A stretch of 64,000 nucleotides of DNA, taken from the IMG/VR virus record IMGVR_UViG_3300032030_000056, positions 15,786 through 79,785 of that record. One strand, 5' to 3'. The notes under the pieces were generated by a model. That model made no database searches. It was not told where the DNA came from and saw only the letters and a list, made by a program, of their open reading frames with translations. The position numbers and the translations under genes were made by a program. This DNA comes from a virus. Its lineage: Duplodnaviria > Caudoviricetes. Of the stretch, positions 10,596 through 20,038 are shown one piece after another. Within the stretch, counting starts at the first letter, position 1. Each line of letters begins with the position of its first letter.

Positions 10596-12271
10596 CAATG
10601 GCAACCGACTTAACAAATAACGACAACGCTGGAACTGTGGTGAGCCGAATCAACACAGCCATCGAGGAGCAGAACAAGGGGGTGAGCCAACTTGGTGCTG
10701 CCCCCAGTGCCAGCACGGTGATTTCCCGTGTCCATGATGCAATTGATGCAGAGGGCAACAACCAACTTTATGATGTCAGCAATAGTGACAATGCGGTTGA
10801 CTTCATCCGCAAGGTCAATGATTTGTTTGCATCCATCCGCAATGGTGGAGGTGGTGATACTCCAACACCGACATATCACGATGCGCCTAGCATCCTTATT
10901 ATTGGTAACTCATTTACTCTTGATTCATGGACGTATGTGCCGTTTATCTTGAAAGCTGTTGGTATCAACATCAAGATTGGTATGTGCTATACAGCATCTA
11001 CTGGTCTTGGAGGACAATACGGCAACTATAATTACGGCCCGAGTTTTACGTATGATTCTACAACTGGCACTTATGTTGATGCAACTAATAGAGGTTTCTT
11101 TTATATCGACACATCAAAGGATAATGCGTGGAGTCAAAAAATTGCAAAGGGTACGTTTAATAAAGGTGAACAACGTATTGATGCCAATCAAGATGATTAT
11201 CGTGTCCCTACTCCACGTCAATGTGTTGTATATTATGAAGGCATGGAGAATGAACTTCAAAACGCACAGAAAGCATTGGAGGATGTATCAAATGAGTTTA
11301 CCTATGGCAACATAGATAAACTTGGCAAACTTTGGGATGTGATTGTGTTACAACAAGTATCAACACAAAGTGTTACATTGAGTACATACGTTGCCAGTGA
11401 TGGGAAAATTTATTCATTGAAACTAAAGGAGTTGATAGATAACGATATTGCTAATGATTATGTGCTTGGTTGGAACATTAACCATTCAAGGAGGGATTAT
11501 GATGCGCCAACGGACATCTTGGCAAACATAAAAGACTGTTATGATGAGGGCGAAAATGACCAAACAACAATTGCGGCAAAGATTGATGTCGTATTCCCAT
11601 ACGGAACGGCCATATTTTATGCAAGGAACAATCCAACACTAAAGCAAATAGGGTATGGTAACTATACTGATTTATGGGTAGATGGTCAACATCTTGCTGG
11701 CGGTTTGCCTCATTTCTTGGCATCACTTACTATAGTTGAGAAAATATTCAGCAAATACTATCCTAATGATGGGTTATCAGTAACCAATAATGCGGCAATC
11801 GCAAACATCATACCAAATAGCAATTGGGTAAATAGTCATGGTAATATGCCATCTCCTCGTGCAAAATCGCCATACATTGTAGGTGCTACGGCAGAAAATT
11901 GCGCCATAGCTAGGCAAATCGCTGAAGATGCTTGCGACGACCCTTGGGATGATAATGGTAATTTATCGTTAAAGATAACGATTTCTTGCACTAATTGCTA
12001 CATAGACAGTGCTCCATCTGAATATGGCATCGAACAAGGTTCAAAGAACGCAACATTCTTTGTTGGGAAAGGCGAAGCTATCATTGATATTGTTATCAAG
12101 ACAGAGCAAGATTATTCTTTAACAAAAAATGGTTCAGCGCACAATTGGAGGTACACAAGACTTGGAGTTGGTACTGCAACGTCTTTAACAACATCATCAA
12201 ATCAATGCAATGTATCTTTGGGTAGCGAACAAGTTACAAATAACATCACAATGTTATTTAGGGCATTTTAA
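10586..12271 (+). CDS. SGNH/GDSL-like esterase-domain tail-associated protein (DUF4886-like)
   Basis: ILIIGNSFT, WDVIVLQQVS and DGQH blocks give the Ser...Asp-x-x-His arrangement; GGGGDTPTP linker; true start may be ATG 10598. Confidence 0.7.
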   Translation: MGIAMATDLTNNDNAGTVVSRINTAIEEQNKGVSQLGAAPSASTVISRVHDAIDAEGNNQLYDVSNSDNAVDFIRKVNDLFASIRNGGGGDTPTPTYHDAPSILIIGNSFTLDSWTYVPFILKAVGINIKIGMCYTASTGLGGQYGNYNYGPSFTYDSTTGTYVDATNRGFFYIDTSKDNAWSQKIAKGTFNKGEQRIDANQDDYRVPTPRQCVVYYEGMENELQNAQKALEDVSNEFTYGNIDKLGKLWDVIVLQQVSTQSVTLSTYVASDGKIYSLKLKELIDNDIANDYVLGWNINHSRRDYDAPTDILANIKDCYDEGENDQTTIAAKIDVVFPYGTAIFYARNNPTLKQIGYGNYTDLWVDGQHLAGGLPHFLASLTIVEKIFSKYYPNDGLSVTNNAAIANIIPNSNWVNSHGNMPSPRAKSPYIVGATAENCAIARQIAEDACDDPWDDNGNLSLKITISCTNCYIDSAPSEYGIEQGSKNATFFVGKGEAIIDIVIKTEQDYSLTKNGSAHNWRYTRLGVGTATSLTTSSNQCNVSLGSEQVTNNITMLFRAF

Positions 12272-12284
12272 AAGCATATAAGCT

Positions 12285-13658
12285 ATGGCAACAACAACGA
12301 CATTAACAAGGATAAAGCACGTTCAAGGGAACGTATTGAGGTTGGCAATACCGCTCACACTAAGAACGGTCACGTTGTCTAATGGTGAGGTTACGACAAC
12401 AGATTCTGACTTTGTGCCTAACGGAATCGTAAAGGTTTTATTTGGTCAAACGTCAAGGCATTTTGAATATATAGCATCTATGCGCAATGGCAATGTTGCA
12501 GTAGTTGAGGATAAGGGTACTTTACCAGTAGGCACTTATGCAATCACAGTATTGTGTAATGATGATAATGGCAACCCAATGCGATTTAAACAAGTTGCGG
12601 TTGTTCGAGTTTTTGATGCTACTCGTGATGCTGGTATTGACATTGGTATTGAATTTGAATCACAAGAATGGTTGCTTGATGGTGCTATCTTTATTGCCAT
12701 TAAGGGAGAGGATGGTACAACACCGCATATTGGAGAAAATGGGCATTGGTTTATCGGAAATGTTGACACTAATGTAGAAGCAGCGGGTGTTGGAATTGAT
12801 GAAATCACGGTTGACGAAACAAGTATTGAAGGCGAATACAATACTATCACAATCAAGTTGACCAATGGTGATACCACTCAAATCCACATCAAAAACGGCT
12901 CTACTGGTGAACCAATCTTGCCTAATGATATTGTTCGTGATAACAACTACACACATACCGATAACAACTACACGTTAACTGATAAAGACAGGGTTTCAAC
13001 AATACCATATTTGTTTGGCGCAGTTCGCTATGATACTCTTTCAAGGCGAATAAACTTTTTCCCGCCAAATAATCTTTCGAGACCACTTGCATACATTGAT
13101 GCAACCCCATTCGTTAAGGATGGCTTGATTAATCAAATCAGTGTACAAGGCGGTTATTTGGTTTTGAAATACAATAGTGATGCTAATCGTTCTGATTTGA
13201 GGCTCGATTTGAAATACATTTTCAATTCATCATTATACTTAACCGAAAAAGAAGTAACAATTAAATTGAATAAGAAAGCCGACATAAACGATGAAAACAG
13301 GATTGACTATTCAACGCTACCTAGATTCGTTTTGGACAGCATTAACTTCAATAATAATGGAATGATGCCTGCCCAATCAATTGATGGAACTACAAGACAT
13401 TGTATTGATGGGTATATCCGCAAATTCATCATGCAAGGATTAACCTTTAAATCAATACAGTACATACCAGATGAAGGAACATTGTATTACAATAAGGCTG
13501 ATTCAAAGTTCTATGTTTGGGATGGTGGTGAAATGGTTGAACAAAACATAGCTGGTGCAAGTGGTGGCGGTGGCTACCATGTAAGTTATTCAAATGGTGT
13601 GTTAACTTTTTCGGGGAGTAACCAACCAACTTATGAAAATGGTGTATTAACTTTGTAA
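12285..13658 (+). CDS. Tail fibre/baseplate-associated protein
   Basis: KGEDGTTPHIGENGHWFIG repeat and FVKDGLINQISVQGGYLVL segment typical of Bacteroidales phage structural proteins. Confidence 0.6.
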   Translation: MATTTTLTRIKHVQGNVLRLAIPLTLRTVTLSNGEVTTTDSDFVPNGIVKVLFGQTSRHFEYIASMRNGNVAVVEDKGTLPVGTYAITVLCNDDNGNPMRFKQVAVVRVFDATRDAGIDIGIEFESQEWLLDGAIFIAIKGEDGTTPHIGENGHWFIGNVDTNVEAAGVGIDEITVDETSIEGEYNTITIKLTNGDTTQIHIKNGSTGEPILPNDIVRDNNYTHTDNNYTLTDKDRVSTIPYLFGAVRYDTLSRRINFFPPNNLSRPLAYIDATPFVKDGLINQISVQGGYLVLKYNSDANRSDLRLDLKYIFNSSLYLTEKEVTIKLNKKADINDENRIDYSTLPRFVLDSINFNNNGMMPAQSIDGTTRHCIDGYIRKFIMQGLTFKSIQYIPDEGTLYYNKADSKFYVWDGGEMVEQNIAGASGGGGYHVSYSNGVLTFSGSNQPTYENGVLTL

Positions 13659-13683
13659 TATAATAAAGAAAAGAAAAAAAGAC

Positions 13684-15399
13684 ATGGCAACACAAGAAAC
13701 TATAAAACAAATAGTACAAGGTGGAGTACCGAGGGATATCGAGGATGTTACTGCGAGGACATTAGTCCAGTCTTTGCAAAATGCTCTTGATACCCTTACT
13801 AATGGCGATACAACATCGGCTATTGAATCTTTTAACGAAATCATTTCATTCCTTGAAAATGTAGAGGATAGTAGTACCCTTAGTGGTATTATCGCTGGCA
13901 TACAAACAAGCATTAGTGGGAAAGTTGATAAGGTCAATGGCAAGGGTCTTTCGACCAATGACTTCACCGATGCGCTATTGATGAAGCTCAACGGCATCGC
14001 AACGGGCGCAACCGCCAATGTCGGAACTGTCACTGCGGTAAAGATTAATGGCACTGAACCTATTGAACCCACAAATGGAGTTGTTGACCTTGGTACTGTT
14101 GCTGCTGGTGACAAGGGTGACAAGGGTGACAAGGGCGACAAGGGTGACAAAGGTGACAAGGGTGACAAGGGTGACAAAGGTGATAAAGGAGACCAAGGCA
14201 ATAGCGGTGTCGGCAACGCTGACAACTTTGTGAGCGTGAATAACCTCAATGGTGGCACTACTGATGATGCGAATACGGTATATGTCCTTGGAGCGAACAT
14301 GGGCAAGAAGCTGGCTGACGAAGCCATTGTCAACAAAGGCAGTTTCGCATCTGCCTACGACAAGGCTTTGGCGAACAATGTCATCTTTCCATGGATGCTT
14401 GTTGACACCGACACTCAAGGGAACAGCATTACCAAGATGATTTGGCATTCTGGCGACAAGGTGTTCATTGACGCTATCGGCTCGATTGTTGACGGGCAGA
14501 AGAACGGTCTTACCATCAAGTGTCTTTCTCCATGCACATTGAGGCTGTACACAGGAAGCAGTAGCTATGACTCATATCCTTTGGTCGCAGGTGAGAACAA
14601 TTTCTCGTTCACCGCTTTAGGGGGTAGCACGTTTGGTAAGATTATGTTCTACGATACCACTGACACTGACACTAACACAAACTCAGTGGTTGAGATTGAC
14701 TTTGGCGGCATGACACTTAACCCGTCTGCAGCATTATACTCAACCCTTTACGGACTAACGGAGTTGAAGGTTGTCAAGCGTCTTGTCGTAGATACGGAAA
14801 ATGCAACAGGCTTTGTTGCGAATGGTCTATTTTCTGACTGCAACAAACTTGAGTCGCTTGATATTTCAGGATTGATTACTACAACCAGCACCGCAACGAG
14901 TTCGGTGGCAAATATTCTAAAATCAATCACACATAATAGTATTGTCAACTTAGACTTGAGTAAGTTGTCCATTGATGTGCCATGTTTAATGAGCTTCTTG
15001 AGCTCGGGAAATTCTTCATCAATAACTGAGGTTATCGACATAAGGGGTGTTGACCTTACGCACACCACTTATATGTACCGATTTATGGGGGGTCAATCGA
15101 GCTTGAAAACGCTCATTGTCGGCAACTTCACGAACAGCGCATTGTCAAGTTCAAGCACTTCTGGCAAAATGACTGAAATTTTCCATAATGTTTTGTCATT
15201 GGAGACTTTGGTATGCACCAAGCAGACACCGCCAACGCTTGTAAGTGGCGATTGTGATTTTATCGCTTTGTTGAAAGCAAAGAGTTCGGTATTCGACACT
15301 ATTCTTGTACCGCCAAATTGTTTGTATGCATACCAGCAGGCATCGGGCTGGTCAACCTATTCAAGCATGATGTCGGAATATAATGAGGGGGATTATTAA
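13684..15399 (+). CDS. Fibre protein with collagen-like repeat and C-terminal BspA-like leucine-rich repeats
   Basis: KVDKVNGKGLSTNDFT fibre motif, (GDK)9-GDQ, LRR-like LFSDCNKLESLDIS, BspA-type end ILVPPNCLYAYQQASGWSTY. Confidence 0.7.
   Translation: MATQETIKQIVQGGVPRDIEDVTARTLVQSLQNALDTLTNGDTTSAIESFNEIISFLENVEDSSTLSGIIAGIQTSISGKVDKVNGKGLSTNDFTDALLMKLNGIATGATANVGTVTAVKINGTEPIEPTNGVVDLGTVAAGDKGDKGDKGDKGDKGDKGDKGDKGDKGDQGNSGVGNADNFVSVNNLNGGTTDDANTVYVLGANMGKKLADEAIVNKGSFASAYDKALANNVIFPWMLVDTDTQGNSITKMIWHSGDKVFIDAIGSIVDGQKNGLTIKCLSPCTLRLYTGSSSYDSYPLVAGENNFSFTALGGSTFGKIMFYDTTDTDTNTNSVVEIDFGGMTLNPSAALYSTLYGLTELKVVKRLVVDTENATGFVANGLFSDCNKLESLDISGLITTTSTATSSVANILKSITHNSIVNLDLSKLSIDVPCLMSFLSSGNSSSITEVIDIRGVDLTHTTYMYRFMGGQSSLKTLIVGNFTNSALSSSSTSGKMTEIFHNVLSLETLVCTKQTPPTLVSGDCDFIALLKAKSSVFDTILVPPNCLYAYQQASGWSTYSSMMSEYNEGDY
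14107..14196 (+). repeat. 9-bp tandem repeat encoding collagen-like (Gly-Asp-Lys)9-Gly-Asp-Gln
   Basis: ggtgacaag units read directly, in frame. Confidence 0.95.
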
Positions 15400-17902
15400 T
15401 ATGGTCAGCAAGCAAGGTCTTTATGTGTCGATGGTTGACGGTGAGGCCGTGATGACGTATGACGGCAAGCCAGTGGATAAGGTACTTTCTAACACAAGAT
15501 ACCCTCTTGGATTGTACGTTAACGGGGGCAAACTTATCCTCAACACATCCGTAATCGCCGAATCGCCATCTCCCGCAGAACTGTTGGCTTACAGTGACCT
15601 TTATTTCGATGAGGTCAACTTGTCGGAAAACGGGCAATGCGTGAACATCACATTAGAGAATTATAACAAGCTGCTCAATGGGCAGTTTGTTGACGGATAT
15701 AAGCGGTTTTCACCGTCAACCATCTACAACATCGTGTCTAATGTGAATTCTGCCGAGACGGTAAACTACACCATTTCTAATGGTAAGGTCATTTTCAGCG
15801 GTGATGCTTTTGATATGTCTGACAATATGTTGTACAACAACGTGTCTAATGAACTCATCGAGAACACGGTTAACGGCACTGCCAACATATCCAACTCTGC
15901 GTGCCCCGTTGTGAATGTCAAGTATTTTAACCCCGTTATCCATGTCGGTGAAAATGTCACGTTGGAGTATTATGTCGATAACCAAACGATGTCATCACTA
16001 AACTATGACGAACTCGATGACACGTTCACCGTGATTGTCGAGACAAGCCTTGGCGCAACCGTCAAGAAAAACACCTATGCTGGTCGTTTCACGATTGAGA
16101 CACCCGCTTTCAACACCGCTGGCGAGTACTGGATTTCCGTCAAGTGCATCGACTCCAACGGGGTCGAGAGTGTCACCAAGTACTATGACGTGCTTGTCAA
16201 GGCTGCGGCGCAGGACAATTTCTATGTGATGCAATCGTCAGACCTTGCAACATACGGCATCGTTGCAAACCTCGACCAAAAGGATGCATCACTTGCTAAC
16301 AAGTCTGCGCTGACCAACTTCTTCGCAGCCGTCAAGAGTGGTGAAATTGATGGTAGTAGTGGCTACAATGGTGTGAAGATGGTCAATGCGATATACTATG
16401 TCGATTACCATGCGGTGAACGGCTACGGAACGCAGACCTATTACAAGTGTGCCGTCACATCCAACAAGATTACAGCCGTTGAGACCATTACGGAGTCTGA
16501 CGTCATCACGTTGGAGGCTGTGACCCATCTTGCAAGCAGAGCACCTGCCGTTGGCGATAACTGTGTTACTTCTGACGCATATTACTATTATGTGGTCAAC
16601 ACGTCATACGCTGGCGACTACATCGAGTTCCCAGATGGGTTCACGGTTGACCTCAATGGCTCGTCAATCCGTGCCTCGCAATGCAATGACCTTGCGAAAG
16701 GGTGGATTGTTTATCTGAACGGCAACCATGACACGCACATCATCAACGGAAAACTTGTGGGTGTGTACAATGGTTTCGATTTCGCCACCACATCACGCAG
16801 GGTCGGCTCCGCTTCACCTGCCGAGTGGCTGTCGGTTGTAGGTCTTGAGGCTTGCAAGTACTGCTCGCTTGAAAACCTTGACATCAGCAACGCAGTTGGC
16901 TATGATGGGCAGATGTTCGCCAAGAACCACTGGTTTGGCGTTACACCTGAGTTCACGGAGGACAAGCGTGTTGACTTGTCAGACGGCTCGGTCATCACTG
17001 CGCAGAACATGATGGTTACTCAGATGTTCGATTGTAATCCAAGTCATTCTGACGGGTATTTGTGTTTCGGGCGCACAGGTTACATGGGTTACAAGAACAT
17101 GGGAACCCGCAGGGAATACTTCGTGTCGTTCTTCGATGAGAACAAGGACTATATCTCCAGCGTAAAGACCAAGTTCTACTATCTTGTTCCAGTGCCGAGC
17201 AGTGCGGCATACGCAATAATCAGTTGCTATGGGAAATTGCTGGCAAGCGGCACAAGCAATGATGTCGATTGGAAAAATGAAAGGACATCAGGCTCGTTGT
17301 TGATGATGTTCCCCACCTTGTCAACTGGTATTGTGTATTCAAACTGCCATTGGCATGACACAAGGACAACTGCCATTTCCCCTATTGCCGCAAGGAGTAC
17401 CCTCATAGATGGGTGCAGCTACAAAAATATCGCAAAGGAGAAAGAAAAGATTAACGGAGGCTGGAGTGCTGTGACCGCCCTCATGGGTGACATCGAGGAC
17501 TCTTGGCAGTTGTGCCATGACATTGAAGTACGAGACTGCTCTTGTGTCAAGGGCGAAGGAGTTGATGAGTTCGCTGTACATTTCTGCAATGGCTTTACCA
17601 TGACTGGGTGCAGAGGAATGGAACTTAGCGACAGGGGCGGCATTGAATACGGGTTTGTTGAGGGCAATGACCTCGTTGGCATGGAGATTCAACGCAACCA
17701 CAACTGCTATCATCCAGCCGTTGTGTATTCCGACAACACGATTGACACTTTGCTTGTCCGTTACGGCTATTCAGAGGGTGCTAGTGTCGTGTGGGGAAGT
17801 ATTGAGGCAGAAAAGGTTGTAACAATGCTGAATTCAACGATAAAGAATCAATGCTTGTATGAGGATTTGAATCTTAAAAATTCAATAAATGGAGTGACAT
17901 AA
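15383..17902 (+). CDS. Putative tailspike/depolymerase (Ig-like domain + parallel beta-helix)
   Basis: Ig-like block (NVTLEYYV...GEYWISVKCIDSNG) then beta-helix-like repeats (HDTHIINGKL, ENLDISNAVGYDG, DIEDSWQLCHDIEVRDC); start may be ATG 15401. Confidence 0.6.
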   Translation: MRGIINMVSKQGLYVSMVDGEAVMTYDGKPVDKVLSNTRYPLGLYVNGGKLILNTSVIAESPSPAELLAYSDLYFDEVNLSENGQCVNITLENYNKLLNGQFVDGYKRFSPSTIYNIVSNVNSAETVNYTISNGKVIFSGDAFDMSDNMLYNNVSNELIENTVNGTANISNSACPVVNVKYFNPVIHVGENVTLEYYVDNQTMSSLNYDELDDTFTVIVETSLGATVKKNTYAGRFTIETPAFNTAGEYWISVKCIDSNGVESVTKYYDVLVKAAAQDNFYVMQSSDLATYGIVANLDQKDASLANKSALTNFFAAVKSGEIDGSSGYNGVKMVNAIYYVDYHAVNGYGTQTYYKCAVTSNKITAVETITESDVITLEAVTHLASRAPAVGDNCVTSDAYYYYVVNTSYAGDYIEFPDGFTVDLNGSSIRASQCNDLAKGWIVYLNGNHDTHIINGKLVGVYNGFDFATTSRRVGSASPAEWLSVVGLEACKYCSLENLDISNAVGYDGQMFAKNHWFGVTPEFTEDKRVDLSDGSVITAQNMMVTQMFDCNPSHSDGYLCFGRTGYMGYKNMGTRREYFVSFFDENKDYISSVKTKFYYLVPVPSSAAYAIISCYGKLLASGTSNDVDWKNERTSGSLLMMFPTLSTGIVYSNCHWHDTRTTAISPIAARSTLIDGCSYKNIAKEKEKINGGWSAVTALMGDIEDSWQLCHDIEVRDCSCVKGEGVDEFAVHFCNGFTMTGCRGMELSDRGGIEYGFVEGNDLVGMEIQRNHNCYHPAVVYSDNTIDTLLVRYGYSEGASVVWGSIEAEKVVTMLNSTIKNQCLYEDLNLKNSINGVT

Positions 17903-17933
17903 AATTTCCGTAACGAGAAAATGATAATATGAT

Positions 17934-18398
17934 ATGATTGATTTGAACGGATTAAAAACAATGGCACTACTTGTTGGTGTCGCTGGAATAGCGGTGGTTA
18001 TCGCAATAATGCTTGACCTTGCCAGTGGGTTGCGCAAAGCAACATTGATGGGTGAGGCAAGAACATCGTATGCCTATGAACGCACCACGACCAAGTTGCT
18101 TAATAATTGTTCTGCAGTTATTATCATGGCGATGATTGATGTGCTTCTTTTCTTTGGTCATTTATGGGAACTTATTGGCATGAGTTTACTTAGCAATGTT
18201 CCTGTAGTAACATTTATTGTTAGTGCATGGATGTGTTTTGTGCAAGTTGTTTCGATACGAGAGAAAGCCGAGGATAAGGCAGAACGAAAAAGTGCCGATA
18301 CGTTGAAACAGCTTGCAGAGGTATTAACAACTGAACAACTGCAAGCCTTGTTAAGTAGGGTACAAGACAAGGACAAAGAAATCGAAGAAAATGACTAG
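17934..18398 (+). CDS. Holin
   Basis: Three hydrophobic segments, charged C-terminus, IMLDLASG motif, overlaps the endolysin start. Confidence 0.75.
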   Translation: MIDLNGLKTMALLVGVAGIAVVIAIMLDLASGLRKATLMGEARTSYAYERTTTKLLNNCSAVIIMAMIDVLLFFGHLWELIGMSLLSNVPVVTFIVSAWMCFVQVVSIREKAEDKAERKSADTLKQLAEVLTTEQLQALLSRVQDKDKEIEEND

Positions 18399-18933
18399 GA
18401 TTGAAAAATACGGAACATTTTGCCGCAGTTTTGAGAGTGGTTGGTCAAATCACCCTAATGACAGTGGCGGTGCTACGATGAAAGGTGTCACTTATGCTAC
18501 TTTTTGCAGGTTTAGGGCGGCAAAGGGTTTACCAAAGCCGAGTATTCTTGACTTAAAGAATATAAGTGACAAGGAATGGAACAGTATCTTGCGTTGGCAC
18601 ACTTGGGATAAAATCAAGTGTGACGAATACAAGAGTGAGTGGGTTGCTTATTTACTTGCCGATTGTGTGTGGATGACTGGAATAGGCTATATAAAGCGTG
18701 TACAAGCGTTGTATGGCTTGAAAGCGGATGGTATTGTGGGTAAGGTTACTCTTGGAAAATTGAATAGCCTAGACCAAAAATCGTTGTTTAATGCACTATG
18801 GAAACAACGCAAGGTGTTTCTTGAGGGCATAAGCAAGGGCAAAAATTCTGTTTTCCTTAAAGGGTGGTTGCGAAGGCTCAATTCGGTGCGTTATGGTTCT
18901 TTGTTGTGTAATGGCGGCAAGGAATTGACATAA
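18391..18933 (+). CDS. Endolysin, GH108-like with peptidoglycan-binding segment
   Basis: ESGWSNHPNDSGGATMKGVT; ADGIVGKVTL; FLKGWLRRL. Confidence 0.85.
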   Translation: MTRIEKYGTFCRSFESGWSNHPNDSGGATMKGVTYATFCRFRAAKGLPKPSILDLKNISDKEWNSILRWHTWDKIKCDEYKSEWVAYLLADCVWMTGIGYIKRVQALYGLKADGIVGKVTLGKLNSLDQKSLFNALWKQRKVFLEGISKGKNSVFLKGWLRRLNSVRYGSLLCNGGKELT

Positions 18934-18940
18934 TCAAAAA

Positions 18941-18973
18941 AAACATAGTTGACTCGTTTCCCAACGAACCAAC
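18941..18973 (-). terminator. Antisense-strand intrinsic terminator-like hairpin with GGGA tetraloop
   Basis: Minus strand GTTGGTTCGTT-GGGA-AACGAGTCAAC followed by TATGTTTTTTT. Confidence 0.5.
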
Positions 18974-19052
18974 CAGTATAGAATAAAAACATAAAATTAA
19001 AAATGTGAATCATGAAAAGATTTCAATTACAAAGATAGTAAGTTTTTTTGAT

Positions 19053-19175
19053 ATGGAACAAAAAGATAAAGAAAAAAGGGCAATATTGAAAGGCGGAATT
19101 TATACCATCTGCCTTGCTATTGTATTGCTTGCTATTTCAGTGTTATGTGCTTTTATTGACTCTTTATTTAAGTAA
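19053..19175 (+). CDS. 40-aa single-transmembrane peptide in the lysis cassette
   Basis: Hand translation MEQKDKEKRAILKGGIYTICLAIVLLAISVLCAFIDSLFK; below the ORF-track cutoff. Confidence 0.55.
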   Translation: MEQKDKEKRAILKGGIYTICLAIVLLAISVLCAFIDSLFK

Positions 19176-19184
19176 GATATTGCT

Positions 19185-19721
19185 ATGGAACTTGACAAAA
19201 GAAAAATTTGGTCAGCAATCATTGGCTTTATTGCTTGCTTGGTAATTATCGGTTGCCTTGCTATAGGCTTCTTTATTGGTAAAAGCATTGGCAGTAGAAA
19301 TGGTGGCATAGAAATCAAGCGTGATACAATCACACGATGGGACACTATACCTCACTATTACCCAAAGCCTGTTGAGGTTGAAAAGGTACGCACCGAATAC
19401 CAATACTTGCCATTAGTCAAGAATGTGACTGAAACCATTGTTGACAAGCAAGTGGTCACGTTGCATGATAGTGTATTGGTAGAAGTGCCAATCACATCAA
19501 AGCACTATCACGAGGAAAACGAATACGATGCTTGGGTGTCGGGTTTTAACCCATCATTAGATAGCATACGAACATATAACAAGACCGAGCAAATAATGAT
19601 AACTAAGATGAAAAAGCCTAGCCGTTTTTCGGTTGGGTTGCAAGCTGGTTATGGCTATAACTTCAATGCTAAAGCATGGGGTTGGCAAGTCGGTCTTGGA
19701 GGAACTTATAGATTCTTTTGA
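19185..19721 (+). CDS. Spanin-like lysis accessory protein
   Basis: N-terminal TM helix, DTITRWDTI repeats, C-terminal beta hairpin GLQAGYGY...QVGLGGTYRFF, positioned after the endolysin. Confidence 0.55.
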   Translation: MELDKRKIWSAIIGFIACLVIIGCLAIGFFIGKSIGSRNGGIEIKRDTITRWDTIPHYYPKPVEVEKVRTEYQYLPLVKNVTETIVDKQVVTLHDSVLVEVPITSKHYHEENEYDAWVSGFNPSLDSIRTYNKTEQIMITKMKKPSRFSVGLQAGYGYNFNAKAWGWQVGLGGTYRFF

Positions 19722-19854
19722 ATGTCTTTTTTCTTTTTGCCTATTATTTAGTTTTGGTTTTTATTTGGTTAGTTATTAATGTTTTTAGTAGTCTAGTATG
19801 CTTGTAGCGGTGACGTTGTGAGTATGCTTTAGTAGTAATAATTTTTTCATACGC

Positions 19855-19890
19855 AAGCTGCCTAATCCGTGAGGACGAGGGCAGCTTTTT
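19855..19890 (+). terminator. Terminator hairpin with internal loop and GTGA tetraloop
   Basis: AAGCTGCC...TCC-GTGA-GGA...GGCAGCTT + TTT; ends the structural/lysis operon. Confidence 0.7.
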
Positions 19891-19964
19891 GTGTTTTTAG
19901 ATTGTTATAATTACTAAGTTATGGACTTAATAAAATCCATAACTTGCTTTGTTTCTTGTGGTTA

Positions 19965-19972
19965 TAACTTTG
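19965..19972 (+). promoter_or_regulatory. -7 element TAACTTTG for the six-gene cassette
   Basis: TAnnTTTG with TTG about 18 nt upstream; 66 nt before ATG 20039. Confidence 0.6.
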
Positions 19973-20038
19973 TGTCGTGACAGTCACAAAGAATGTGTAA
20001 TTCCTTTTTATTCATCACAACAAAGAAACAAAGTTAAT

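Noticed and set aside
743-14336. Long antisense ORFs such as 743-1342, 2676-3221 and 13647-14336
   Set aside because: Shadows of well-supported genes on the other strand; the SPL repeat is just the reverse of the GDK repeat
10586-15399. Programmed frameshifts joining overlapping tail ORFs (10586-10595; 15383-15399)
   Set aside because: No slippery heptamer or matching quadruplet codon at the junctions; in-frame downstream ATGs (10598, 15401) explain them as separate genes
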